From assembly GCA_963920595.1 (NCBI GenBank), contig OY986948.1, positions 1,798,001 through 1,862,000 on the forward strand: a stretch of DNA of 64,000 bases, given 5' to 3'. Below the pieces are notes generated by a model. That model was not told the DNA's origin. It saw only the letters and a program-made list of their open reading frames with translations, and did not search any database. Below, one piece after another: positions 36,948 through 49,667 of the stretch; the stretch's first letter is position 1; each line of letters starts with the position of its first letter. A program made the position numbers and the translations under genes. Source of the stretch: Eimeria praecox. Taxonomy: Eukaryota.

Positions 36948-39900
36948 TGTAACGCGATCCCTCGGTCTTAGTCGAGGATTCTCACGAGCTGCACGCAAGT
37001 CAAGTAGATGAAGGAAGAGCTCGAGTAAACCGGCTGACTTCCCCTGCAGCCCCGAAGCCTCCTGGGCTTGAGGGCTGCAGTTAGCCAAGGGCCTAGGCTT
37101 GTGATTACACTGACAGGCCTCTAATTGGTTGCAAGGCATCTTGCTGCAGCCAGTTCTGCAAGGCAACCTCGTATGACAACCCATACGCTTTTGCTGCATG
37201 CACAAGCGTTGTAGGCTCTAATTAAGACTGTTTTTAAACGCTTAGTTGAAGGTCCGCAGGCAATCTGCGGGATACGAGTAAGAGCATCACGCAGAGCATG
37301 CTACATGTGCTCCCCTTTCCTCCACCCAAACGGTACAAGCCCTCGTATGCCTCATCGTACATGCAAAATAAGATAGGAAAGATACGGAGGTGCAGGGCTG
37401 ACCTGCTTCCGGGATGATGGCACTGCACTAGGCTGCTACCAGTGCAGACCCGCTGCTCACGACGGCTTGATCTTCCACTGGCGTGGTCACTGGTCAGTGA
37501 CGGCATGTCATGCCGCATACAAGGGGCGGGAGCCACCTTTAGTTCGAGCACCCCAACAAAAAGAAAAGTGCATAGCATGCGACTGCTAGAGCTTAGTATT
37601 AAAGAAAGCGTGAGCGAGGCCCACTATCCCCAAAATCGCGGAGCTGGAGCTCCATGTTGAGGAAATGTGTTGTCGATAGCGATGCGCTGGTGGTCATGAA
37701 TAGGGTATGAAGTCTAGAGCAGACAGTGATGAAAACCAGAACAGAATAGCACTAGCCAACTGCAACTGGCGCAGGACCTTCAAACAATGGAAGCTAACGC
37801 AGATTTAAGCAGCGCCGCGCACTGCCCCCCCTCTCCCGTTTGTAGCCGTTGCCGCTGACTGAACGCGGGGGCCCTCAGGCTGCCTCTCAATCGATGCACG
37901 CAAACATTCGTCAGTAACCCACTCGGGTTGACGTTCCTCTGGTCATAAATGCTGATTCAACAGCGTTTCTGCGTAGACCAGGGGCGCGAGAGAGCAACGA
38001 GTCGAAGAATGCAATGTTGTGCTGTAAACACATTCTGTAAAGAGAAGGGAACTAAATGGCCTTGATGAGTCCCACAAGTACTGCACAAGAGTGTGACTAG
38101 TGCGTCTCACTTAAAAATATGCTTCCGGATGATTTTTCGTGGTCATACTATGGCCAATATTAAGATTAACCGCAGAAAGCGCAAACGAGCTTCGGGTCCC
38201 TGCCAGTGGTGGTACCGTTTGGAGAACAGTGGGGGGTTCAGACGTGAATAGTTGAGCCAGTTTTTCGGTTGGAACTGGATTCTAACAGGCAATAAAGTGC
38301 GCATATTTGGTGAGTCTGTCCACAACAACAACGCAAATGCTATCGCAGCTTCTAGCTGCTGGTAAGCCCACCATGAAGTCAATCGAGATGCCCGTTCAGA
38401 TATACTTTGGGATCAGAACCCTCTACAAGCTCTTCAAGCATGCGGGTTTGAGAGTGTTCCCCCTCCTCTGCTGCTGGCACTCCGGGAAAGTTTCGCTATA
38501 CTCCTCAGCTGAAGGGCGCATACCAAGTCACCAAATGGAGATATCAGTCCGGGCTATCTTTGTACTGACATGTCCGTGACCCGCTAAAGCATGACTGTGC
38601 ATTTCGCGCAAAACATCTGTGCCAACTGAAGCTGGAAAGTATAATCAGTGGATTCCACCCTCTGTCTGGTGTAGCAGGAGATCATTATCGACGCTGTAGT
38701 GGTGTGGCAGCTACTAAGGGTCAACTAAGTGTTTAACAACCACTCACACCATATTAGGCTACTCCATTAGAGCATTCTTCGTAAAAGGAATGGTTTGTGC
38801 TTACACGGTTGGCTACCATCAAAGTTAAGTTGTAGCAAAGTGCATTTCTGCTCATGATTGGCCCCCCGCATGCCCCACCTGTATTGAACAGCTGGCCTAC
38901 ACTGTTACTACGTTAGTTCCCTAGGTTAGACAGAAGATAGGTGCACACGCTACGATCTCGCTCTTAAACCTATGATTCTCGCTGAATCCGCTAATAAACA
39001 CCCTTAACAATCAAATATATGATCGAGTTCCTGTTATTGTTCCCCAAGGAAAACCCAGAATAATAGAACTAATTCTCAACCCTCGCCGAGGGCCAGGAGC
39101 GGAGTCAGCAGCAGCCTCACACCCGGCCCCAAGCTGGTGCCGGCTAGCGAGCACTCTGATCCTATCAAACTGCCTTTCTATCTAAACGTGTCCTAATCCC
39201 TGAAATCGTCTATAGTGTTCATTTCTTTTCATGATATTAGGCCTCTAGAGGCCACACCAGAGTTCCATTGTAGTGCCTCTGCACTACACCACCGGCCCCC
39301 ATCAATCGAATTGCTGTGCCCAGGACTCCTGAAGGCTCGAGGGGAGGTTAGTGCTCATGAGGCAGCTCTTCCTTTAAGCCTTTGATTCCATTGCGGCTCG
39401 CCAGAGTTCTCAGATAAGTTCGTCATCAGCCCTCCCTACACTGGATAGCATCGGGCAGGTGCAAGCAGCGAGTCTCACCATGCTAGCCAAGGCGTCTGGC
39501 GCATAACAGGACGTAGGAGCCTGGGCACTTCGCACACAACCAAAGAATAATTAAACTTACAGAAAATATATACGTTCTACGAAAAATCAGCGCAAAGTAC
39601 GGAGCCCTTTTCTTCTCGTGCCCAGTGAAAATTCGTCAGGATGTGCCCCTCTGTGGGGAAACTACCAACGGGTGGGTGCCTCGTTGCAGTAGAACGAGCC
39701 CCGCTATCAGCGAGCCATTAGGCTGAAAATTCCTCTAGAGCAACGATAGGCCAGTAAAAATGCTTGCACCCTTGTTGGCCTCACAGATATGACGGGCAGC
39801 TCGACGCAGTGGGAGTTATTGCGAAGGTGCTTGACCTTAGCTAGGAGCAGTCGGAAACAGTCATCAAGTCTGGTATTGAAATAAATAGTTCCTAGCAAAG

Positions 39901-40300
39901 CAACAAACCTACCTTCCAGCCCCTAGGCGTTGTCCGCACAACGGCTCAAGGGCCCGGAGAGGGTAGTCAGACTGTCTCGAGCTTCACCGTGCCTTGCTGC
40001 AAGTAGTGGTGCAGCGCAGGTCCGCCTTCATCCACAACCCATTTCCCTTTTCATACTTGCGCTAAAGTTGTAGATTGTAGATTAGACAGTCTTTAAACGT
40101 TTTTTCGGCCGTCCATAGATAGCCTGAGAGCAAGAAGAGGCAAGATGCGAATATCAGGCGGGCCCTACTGCACCTGCACCCCCTTCTCCCGCCAACGGTA
40201 CATGCCATCGTGTGCGTCTCTGTTAATGGGAACGAAAGAGGGAAAATAACAGGGGAAGGGAGGGAAACTGCATCTGAGGATGCCACTGCAGGCTCGGCGC
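36948..40300 (-). mobile_element. Decayed Gypsy-type LTR element A (minus strand), internally deleted; LTR-like copies at ~36948-37460 and ~39980-40300
   Basis: Integrase fragment DFMVGLPAARSCDSICVVVVDRLTKYAHFIAC at ~38385-38285 (minus). The two flanking segments share tgtaccgtt..ggagaagggg, cgtttaaa.a.c.gtct.a..tag/ca..ctacaac and atgggttgt. The left copy ends ...ctaagaccgagggatcgcgttaCA. Confidence 0.75.
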
Positions 40301-40379
40301 CCTTTGATGCTGGCCCACGTGGTGTAGGATCTGCTGTGTGGTGTTAGTGCTCTTGTCCCTACTTGCTCGCAGGCTGACT

Positions 40380-41657
40380 AGAGAAAATCAAGTAAGCGCT
40401 TAACTACTATCTAAACTGAAGCCTACAAATTAACTTCTGCTGGAAAAGGGGCATTGGTTGCGCGTGTACGTGTGGCTCTACCTTGCAGAACTAGCTACAA
40501 CTAGGTGCCTTGCAGCCCATAAGCGGCATTTCAGTGCCACCACCAGCCCATGCCCTTAGAAAGCTGCTTGGAGGAGGCTTGAAGGCTGCAAGGGAAGCCC
40601 GCTGCCCTTCGCGAATCCTTTCTTCAAGTATTTGAGTCGATTGCCGCTCCTGGTGGCCCTCGGCTAAGATCGATGACTCTCGTTGCGCTTGTTAGTACCG
40701 CTTGATGTATTGGGGCTGACGCGAGCAACGAACACAACCTCATCTGCAGGGAAGCTTATCGTGTAGCAAATGCTGGCGAACAGAGGGAAATGATAGGGAA
40801 GACAGTTTGTTGGAAGCTCTTCACTACACCCTCAGGCCTTTCCTCTTGCACAGTGGAGATTAATTCTGATCTGTCCTTGTTTTGAACGGGGATCCAGAAT
40901 CGAGAGCCCTTTCCAACAGAAGCAAGCTCAACTTTGGCATCCTACCCGGTAGAAAGTGTATTTTCACCAAAGGCAGTTCATGAAGAGTGCTCCCGCCTCG
41001 CCCGCCATCCAGATACGCCGGACGCCGCGATGTGGTGGCAGTAGGGACTTTCTGTAGCAAATACGACCTATAGTTTGCCTTCTGATACGGGGATTGCCTC
41101 TAGTAGAAGGGGAAACATGAGGATGGTGGCTACATCTAAGCAAAGGTTGTACTTTGCCAGTGAGCATCAGGCCCAAGCAAGTATCTTGCAAAGATATGCG
41201 ATGCAGGTGTATTTCCACGTCTGCAAGGGAAAAGGCTGTGATGGAGCTCAGAAGACTTAAGCAAGGAGACCTGTGGAGTTGTTGATAGAACGCTAGACCG
41301 TGAAGTACCAACCATTGGTGAAGCCTACTGGTGCACCGGAAGCTCATACATGATTTGTTCCCTGCAGGGGTATGCCCCGAAGACAGGCAATCGGTAGCCG
41401 TCTGGGCCCCGAGTAGGGAACTAAAGGGTGAAGCAGTTGAGCTTCCCGGATAATGGAGGACGTTTGCATAAACAAAGCAAAACCATCTCCCCCACAGCCA
41501 TAGTTGAGAAAGGGGAAAACGTGCTAGAAAGTGAGCAAGATTTAAATAAAATGTATGGATACTGGGGCAACGAATGCCAGGAAAGCCTAGAAAGCGCGGT
41601 AACCAACCAACGAAAGGAAGTAAACGCGACAACCAGGCAGCGACAACGAGATTCCCA

Positions 41658-41698
<41 letters not shown>

Positions 41699-44600
41699 TG
41701 GGCTTGGCGGAATCAGCGGGGAAAGAAGACGCTGTTAAGCTTGACTCTGGTCCGACTTTGTGGAACGACATTGGGGCTGTAGCATAGGTGGGAGCTTCGG
41801 CGGTCGTGAAATACCACTACCCTCAGTGTCGTTTTACTTATTCCGTCAAGTTCAGATGCATGCAACGCATGTGGCGTTGCCTTAAGGTGCCTTTCGGGGT
41901 GCTGATCAATGCGGAAGACACAGTCAGGTGGGGAGTTTGGCTGGGGCAGGGCGTAACAAGCGCCTCACCTTCTTCTGCAGCAAGCACGGTCAAAGGATCC
42001 GAGGTTGTAAACGCATGACGCAACACTGGACGAGCAGTGCGTCAAGCACCGTCACCGTAGAAACAACCAACACGAGCAGGTAAACTATCGGGCCCCCATG
42101 CAACGTGCGGAGCAGTGGTGAGGCGGAAAGGGATAACAACCTCACCGACAGATCCTTCTCGAGTTAAAGCACTGCCTACCCAAGTTCGTATCAGTGGCCA
42201 GGATTTGCTATCTCTTCTTGACACAGGCTGCGAAGTAAATCTGGTGTGTGAGGCTATGGCGAGGAGATGCAGCCTACAAGTTCATTCGTTGGCGCGCTTT
42301 CTGAGACTACGCTTTGCGGTGGAAGACAAGATGCAAGAATCGCTAAGCCTATGGGCATGGGTCATGGAAAGGGTTCTTACTGTGGATCAGCTCATCACGG
42401 CATAACATTAAGCATGCCGTGGATGCCTACTACAGCGTGTACCTACGACTGCTAGAAGGAATTACTGAAGTATATGCGAAGAGATGCGCTTAGACTGTGC
42501 GCTGTCCAGCGCTTCCAACGGGACTGGCAGCTTCTAGGGTAAGAGGAGTGGAGCCAGTGTCCGAAGGAGAAAGGATCGAGGAAGCCCCTGCGCAGCGCAG
42601 AGGGACTGGATAAAACGGCCCAAGAATGCATGCCCCGTGTGTGAGACCCTATGAAGACAGCCGTTTTAGGGATTCAATCCAGTTAACACCCAAAGAACAG
42701 CAGAGTTGGGCAGAATTGAAGGAAGAATGCTCACTTGCATTCAAACCTGGGGAGATCATTCCCGAAGCAGCAGCAAACGTGGTCCCAAGGTGCCGGCTAC
42801 CACCATATCTTGAAGAGGAAATCGAACAGCAGGCAAATGAACTGCTAAAAACGGGCACGGATCAGCACTCAACTAGTGCCTCCGGGCATAGTCCGGTGTT
42901 GCAAAAGAAAAAGGGGGGGAACTGACCCATTGGCGTTCACTTCAAACCCCAGGACAAGACCAAGGTGATCCAGAAGCTTCTGAAGTTCTTCGTCGACGAC
43001 CTGCTTGACCGGCTGCACCGGTAAACAGTCTCTTCATTGTTTGGCTTCTCTGAAGTGCTTTTGGTGGCTCTAAAAAAAAATCCGAAGATATGCGCAAGAA
43101 TGCGTTCCATATCCTCGCGTAAGATGGAATACACCTGAATGCCCTTTGGGCTCGCGATTGCACCTGACGAACTGCAGCGAAAGGCCAATCACGGCTTCCT
43201 GGGGACATCTAATCGGGGATGGACGGTAATACAGATGGATAATTTGCTTGCGCTCAGCCGAAATGTGCAGGTGCGTTTGCGGCACTTACGGCGAGCTCAG
43301 AACTGCTGCGTGAGGAGCAGTGGTTCGTGACAACACCGAAGCGTTCTTACTTCATGAAACAAATGGTCTCTTAGAGTTTGGCATCTCTGCGCCAGGAGCT
43401 GAATCAGATCTGGGTGAGAAATAAGTGATTCGGGTGTGCCCGCTACCCCAGTACACTCACAACGGACTTGAGAAGTTCCTCGGCCTCGCATCGTTTTACC
43501 GCAGGTTCTTTCCTTGATTTGCACACAACGCAGGCCCTCTAATGAATCTACTTAGAAAAGACAAACAACTCATTTGGACGGAAGGAAAAGATGAAGCCGC
43601 CAGATGATTCAACGAAACCTGCTATGGCAACGAGAACTCGCGCTCCCTGATTTTTACAAGCAGTTCCTCCTGACGGCAGACAATTGTGGCATAGCAGTTG
43701 CTTTGATGCTCTTTCAGCCCGCTACTAGGTCGAACATGCACCAAATAAATGGCCTGCCACTAACAATGGTGCACACAAGAGGAGCATCAGTACCCAGCAG
43801 TATCCAGTAGGTGAGAAGGAGCAGTACGCGGTCTGATGGAGAGTGAAACAGTGCAGATACTACTTATATGGCAGGCATTTTACTCTTCAAATCAATCGTC
43901 AATTCTTAACACACCTGATGCAGAGTTTGCAAAGCTATGTTCATGAAAGCGTCGTTAGGTGGCTTGGTCGGCTTGCGCAATACGACTCCACAGTCAAGTA
44001 TATCACAGGTATCACCAACATGATTGCAGATACACTTTGCGGACTCCCTACGGGTCAAGCAGTGGGTATTGCAGCCGTGCGTATCTGCAGTGGTTTTCGT
44101 GGGTTCTATCTTCTCTCTAAATTTCGTTTTGCTTGCTCCTTAAGTACACAGGTGGTTGCATTCCTCCTTCAGATCACAACAACGGATGACGGGTTAAGCA
44201 CTACAGCATCGAAGAACGACCTCTTATTATACCAGACGAAACGTGGGGTCCAGTCCAGTCAGTCCACATACTGTACGTTCCAGCTTCGCTTGGCACATAC
44301 GTTTTGTGCAAATTGAGCGACTGTGCTTTAGCGGGTAATCGATGTGCCAATACAGTGGTGGAGTGTGTTGCTGGGTCCTTTTTGTGGCCTCGTACGCGCC
44401 CCTAATCTGAGGGTTATGTCCTCACTTGCCCTGAATGTCAGTAGCAGATGCTGCGAAACACGTTCAAAACAGAACTCTTGCAGAATCATCTGCTCTCTAC
44501 AAGGATCTGAACGGGTTTCTCAATGGGTTTCTTAGTGGGTTTACCAGCAAATGCAGGCTACGATAGCATCTGCGCTGTTGTGGACAGACTCCGTAAGTAC

Positions 44601-45972
44601 GCCCACTTTTTTCCCTCTTTGAATTCATTTACAGCAGGAGTGATCCAACTATGCATTAATCACGTCTGGAAGCCCTAAGGATCTCCAACTGCAATCTTAT
44701 GGAGTATTTGCGAATCTGCACCCGGCAGAATTCATCAAAGCGTCTTGATTTCCTTTCCTGTGTAGAATGGGATTATCATACAAAGGTGGATTCGTCGATT
44801 CGTTGCTTTCCGGCATCCGTAGCCAACGATGAAACGTCATTGTGTGATCCGGAAGTTAGCTGTTAGACGCCCGGCGGTGGCATCCACTGGCCTTCATACG
44901 CATCTTGCTGCAGCGCGGGGATACATGAAGAAGGCACAAGAACGCCAGACAAGAAGCTATGACAAACGGCGTTCAGCAGAAACTTTCAACTCACGCGGTT
45001 TGGTCCTAGTGGATTAACATGCTCTTCGAAGCACACAGGAGAACGACAAGCCAATGCAGTTCACCAGCCAGTGGGTAGGGCCCTTCTGTATTCGTTGTTG
45101 GTTCAGCGCGCTGCTTTGCATAGTGGACCTATCTCCGTCATATAGATGGTACCATATTGCCGTTGTTGGCTTCCTCAAAAGGTTGAGGGAATCATAGAAA
45201 TTCCCCCAATTCTTCAGCCCCATACAGCAGCAATGCCACGGCTAGAAGAAATAGTTGGAGGAGACAGCGGTCATGGACACTCGTGTACCCACCCGCAGAG
45301 GTCAGAACACACGCGATGTTTATGTTAGATTGTTAGGGGAATGACAACGCGAGCTGGTCTCGGAGGATCTACTTCGCGGAGCACTTCCTATAGACAGTCT
45401 AGGGGCCCTACTCCAGCCAGCAGCGACAACACCTACAAGCCCGGGTAGATGCCGAGCTGCTCACGTCCAAGTTTTCATCCACCTTTGGGCAGTTCTGCGG
45501 AAGCGGGTCAGCAACGGCAGCATCCAGATGGAATGGCATCCTCCCAGATGCCGGTCACCCCTTCTCTTCACTCTTTTTCTTTTTCCAGGCACACGAGCAC
45601 TTGCTGGTTAGAGACATGCTCTGTGCGATGCCGATACCCGTATTCAAACTTGTTCGGACGGTAGTTACGGAGGATCAATTAACTGCTTAGAGGCAGTCTA
45701 AGCTACAGCCTACAATGCTAGCGCCTGCAGAGAAGGGGGCATTTGTTGTGCATGCATGTGGCTCTGCCTTGCAGAACTAACTGCAGCACGGTGCTTTGCA
45801 GCCCATGACAGAAATGCCCGTGTCCCCACTATCCTAGGCCCTTGGGAAGCTGCGCCGATGAGGCTTGGATGCTGTAGGGAAGGTCAATTTGTTTTTACGA
45901 GCTTTTCCCCGAAGTATATGACGCTATTGGGGCTCATGAAGGTCCACGGGTAAGACCGATACCCCTCGTTAC
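40380..45972 (+). mobile_element. Decayed Ty3/Gypsy chromovirus-like LTR retrotransposon B (PR-RT-RH-IN-chromodomain pseudogene), LTR-like copies at ~40380-40687 and ~45495-45972
   Basis: Protease LLDTGCEVNLV (~42213). RT remnants SPVLQKKKGG, MPFGL..AP..LQR, VIQMDNLL (decayed YxDD, ~43225). RNase H LALPDFYKQFLLTAD, YYLYGRHFTL, RWLGRLAQYD..VKYITG.TN.IADTL. Integrase HHCC and GYDSICAVVDRLRKYAHF, GPY/F-like QWVGPF, and a chromodomain-like end. Many stops and frameshifts. Confidence 0.92.
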
Positions 45973-48622
45973 CCCTGGTGCCACCCGTTTAGAATGGCAG
46001 TAAGCGTTGCTGAGTTGGGGTGGTAGCAACTTTTCGAGCATCTCAAGCTACCACCTTATTGAACGCATGGGCAGGGCCAGCAAGCCCCAAAGTGGATGTC
46101 CAGCTCTAAATTATAGAAAAAGTGAAAGCATTGTCTGCCGTGCCTCCCAACTTGCTATAAATGAGCGAGGCTAGGCATACCTTCCCACTCGATGCTACTG
46201 GCACGATCCAAATCGAACAGAAAGGCCGTCAGGCTTGAGACTGTGGCCGATATTGTGAACATTCAATACACAATCCGCTGCTGGCAAAGAAAAAGGGTGG
46301 AGGGTGGCGCTTGAAACAATTGCCGAAGTGAAGCGACAGGCTTATCACGATACCTTGGAGACAGTAAAATAGGGATAGAAAGTTATGCAGATAGACAGCA
46401 TGCTTCACCCACCAACAGTGTGCAGGAGCACTTGCGGCAGTGAAGGCATGGTTTGCAACTACCACGTGAGAATCAGCTGCTCATAAAGGCACAGAAACGT
46501 TCGTTTTCCACCTAAACTGTTAGGCTCTTCGGGTTTGGTGCCTCTGCAGCGGGAATAGAGCCAAATCCGTCGAAGATAGGGTCCATCAGGAAGTGGTCGC
46601 TTCTCCTTTGCACTCGCTGGTACGTTCAGAAGCGCCCCCGCCCCGCTTCGCACTACCGCAATTTTATGAACGAAGCCGAGTGAAGATAGGTAAGACCAGG
46701 AAGCGGTCGCCACTCATACGTGCGTTCAGAAGCTCCTCCGCCTCGCATCGTACTGCCGCAATTTCATTCTTGAATTTGCTAGCATGGCAGACCACTTGGC
46801 TGATGTATCTAGGAGGGACAGACAATCTATTTGGGGAGACACCGCAGAATTCACCCGGAACCGCATCAGATACCAGATCTCGTCACGCTCACGTGACTTT
46901 AACAAAAATTCCTCCCTAGCAACTGGCGCAGCTTTCACAGCAATTGAGGCGGTGTTCTCTTAGCAAGTAAACGACGGGGAAAGAGCATGCTACGCATATC
47001 GTTGTGCAGAAAGAGACCAGAAGCATTCAATCAGCGAGAAGGAGCCTTACTAGATCTGTTCGGGGGGAGAAAAGTGCCTCCAGTGCCCCTAGTTCTTAAA
47101 TCGCACGCATTTTACCGTTCAAAATGAATCAATCCCCGACACGTTCAACAAAGTGCTTTCACTGCTTTCACTGCTTTCATGAGTAAGGTAATGAACAATT
47201 TGGTTGGTCTAGTAAGGTAATGAACAATTTGGTTGGTCTTTGCTGGCTCATGCAATACGACTTTGCAGCCCAGCACATCACGGGTGTCACCAACGGGGTG
47301 GCTGACACACTGTACCAACGCCCTACTGATACAGCATCTACAGCGATCTCCTGCGGCACAAGAGGAACCATGAACACAACCGAATATGCTTCTCAGCTTT
47401 GTTCCGCCCAGATGTTTTGCGCTTAACGCATGGTCATCCTTTACCTGTCCATAAGAGAGTCAGCACAATAGTGGAGCGCGTCGCCAGGTCCTTGTGGTGC
47501 CAGAGGGAGCGCCCCTCAACAAGAGAGTATGCCCTCATTTGCCCAAAATTTCAGCGGCCAAAGGAGCGGAATACCCTAAAACCTGCACTTTTAAAAGGCT
47601 TCTGATCTCCGAACGAATCTAGGTGGGTATTTCAATAGACTTCGTAGATGTTTTACCAGCAGCTAGAGATTGCTATTGGCATCGATATTGGTATGAACAG
47701 ACTCTTCAAATATGCCAATTTCGTCGCCTGCCCGAACTCAGTTACAGCAGTAGTCGCCCAATCGCTCATTAGTCACGCCTAACAGCTCCACTGTCCTCCG
47801 AAAAGCATCATCACTGACAAGATTTAAAATCTCGCTAGCAATTTATGGCGCGGGTTCATGAAGCGCCTTACTGGCGACGATAACACGGCCACCGCGGACC
47901 ACCCGGAGACACGTCCTTAAATTAAATGCACGAACCACAATCTTGGGCAGCGTTTGCTACCGTGTACTTAGTAGCACTAATGAAAGGGGCTTAATGCCAC
48001 TCCCACAGGTTGGTTCTGGCTGCGAACACCAAAAAGGAGATGCAAATCGGGAAGCAGCAAATGAGGAAACGGACGTGCAGGAGGTGGTTGTGGAGCATCC
48101 AGCTGAGGTAAAAGAGAGCTGCAAGACCAGCAAAGCATGCAACGCAATGCACTGCAGCGGCACCAAGCGAGGCAAGAGCCGACGCTTCTGTCCAACAATC
48201 TAATTCCGGTGGAATAGGCACATAAGGGTGTGTGCTGCTTCGAGGATTTCGGGGGACATACGCAGCATGGCCCTTTCGAAGTTGCAATGCACAGTTACGC
48301 GCGTGAAGGCCGTCTACTAAGGGCCAAGTGAGCGTTTAAGAAGAGCCAACACCATTAGCAGTGGACAAGTTTGGCGCATGCAGCAAAAGAAGGATAGGCT
48401 GTACGTCAGTACATGGCTGCCCCGTAGCAATAGCTGCGGGGGATACACTGCAGCTCATGACAGGCCAGCTCGTGCTCCCCATCAGCCCCAGGTCATCGGG
48501 TCTTTGTGCCCGGAAAGCCTGGAGACTCGGGGAGAAGTCAACTGCCTTCCGTGAACTTCTTTAAGCCTTCGGCTCTACGGCAGCCCGAGACGGTCCTCCG
48601 TTAAGATCAACGACCCTTAGTA
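45973..48622 (+). mobile_element. Decayed Gypsy-type element C in tandem with B (RT/RH/IN fragments) ending in an LTR-like copy at ~48330-48622
   Basis: NPLLAKKKGGGWRL (~46272), WLMQYDFAAQHITGVTNGVADTLYQRP, HKRVSTIVERVARSLW...YALICPKFQR, ISIDFVDVLPAARD, DHPET. The terminal segment gcagctcatgacagg...ggtcctccgttaagatcaacgacccttagt matches 45798-45970. Confidence 0.85.
47182..47239. repeat. Perfect 29-bp tandem duplication (agtaaggtaatgaacaatttggttggtct x2), preceded by gctttcact x3, inside element C
   Basis: Read directly. Confidence 0.93.
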
Positions 48623-49667
48623 AAGCTGTTATCCGTGCAGGAGAAGACACCGTTCAGCATACAGTTGCTCTCTTCAATCAAAATAACAATTCTGCCTCCA
48701 GAGAACTTAAGAGTCTTATCAGACCTATCTGTACATCCGACGACTAAACTACTGGAATCTGTTATCCTGCGTATTCGAGCTCTTGCCATTGAAATTGGCA
48801 TGCAGCATTAAAGGTAGGGGTTTGCATCGCTTGTGTACGCGCTGCTAACCCTTACTAACTGGAGAGAAGGGGAGGCACATATGCAAAATAAACCAAGGAA
48901 CAGGAGCCTGAGTAGGCCGTGCAAGGGCCCTTTCCTGTGTGGTGGCTGACTGTGAATTATATGGGGCCACTTGGGAAACACAGGCAGTGCATCACCCTGG
49001 TTTCTTCCGCTTTCACGTGTACAGACGCTGCAAAGTCAGAAGAGTAGAAGCTCTCTATACACATCGGTTCCGTCGTAAGTATTTCAGCGGGCCTTTGAAC
49101 CGTCGTATGCGAAGTCGCCCCCGCCTTCTTCAAGTGGTTTTGCGTGCGAGACGGGCGATTTTGAAGAGACTGAGCAACAACAAAAAAGCTTCAGAAATAA
49201 TTGCACTTCTTTTGGAACAGAGTTCTTTCCTACACAACGCTTCAAACCCAGCCGCCGCTCGCGCGGGAGGCCCCCTGCGGCCTCCCGTGGGGCCCCCCAA
49301 CACGGTGTGTGCAGATTAGAGGCTGCTTAGCTATTTTATTAGAGACGCGCATTTCCCACGGCTATAGCAATATTAATTGTTTGCGGCCTTGCCGGTGGTT
49401 TAGGCGGCTTGCGTGCGTTTCTCAACTCGACTTCGTAACACGGGGACCATGGAATTACAGTGTCTTCACCAAGTGGGAATCTCGGTGTGGAGAATCCATA
49501 GTCATGAGCGTACATTAGACGAGTAGACAGTATTTGGCACAAAGTAAGGCTGGAAGACTTCGCCTATCCCTTGCGAAGCTCCGCTCCGTTCGAATCATCA
49601 TGAGTAACCGCTCTACCCGGCATTGGGAAACTCTTCAATAACGGGCTCCAAAAATAGAAGAAGAGAG

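Noticed and set aside
42115..45400. Intact or active retrotransposon
   Set aside because: Numerous stops and frameshifts, RT catalytic motif decayed to QMDN, and highly diverged LTRs.
45975..45987. TGGTGCC possible primer-binding site after the middle LTR
   Set aside because: Only 7 nt and not matched after the other 5' LTR copies; too weak to call.
48939..49319. Arg-rich 126-aa ORF upstream of the carrier
   Set aside because: GTG start, no recognisable motif or splice partners; probably promoter or 5' UTR.
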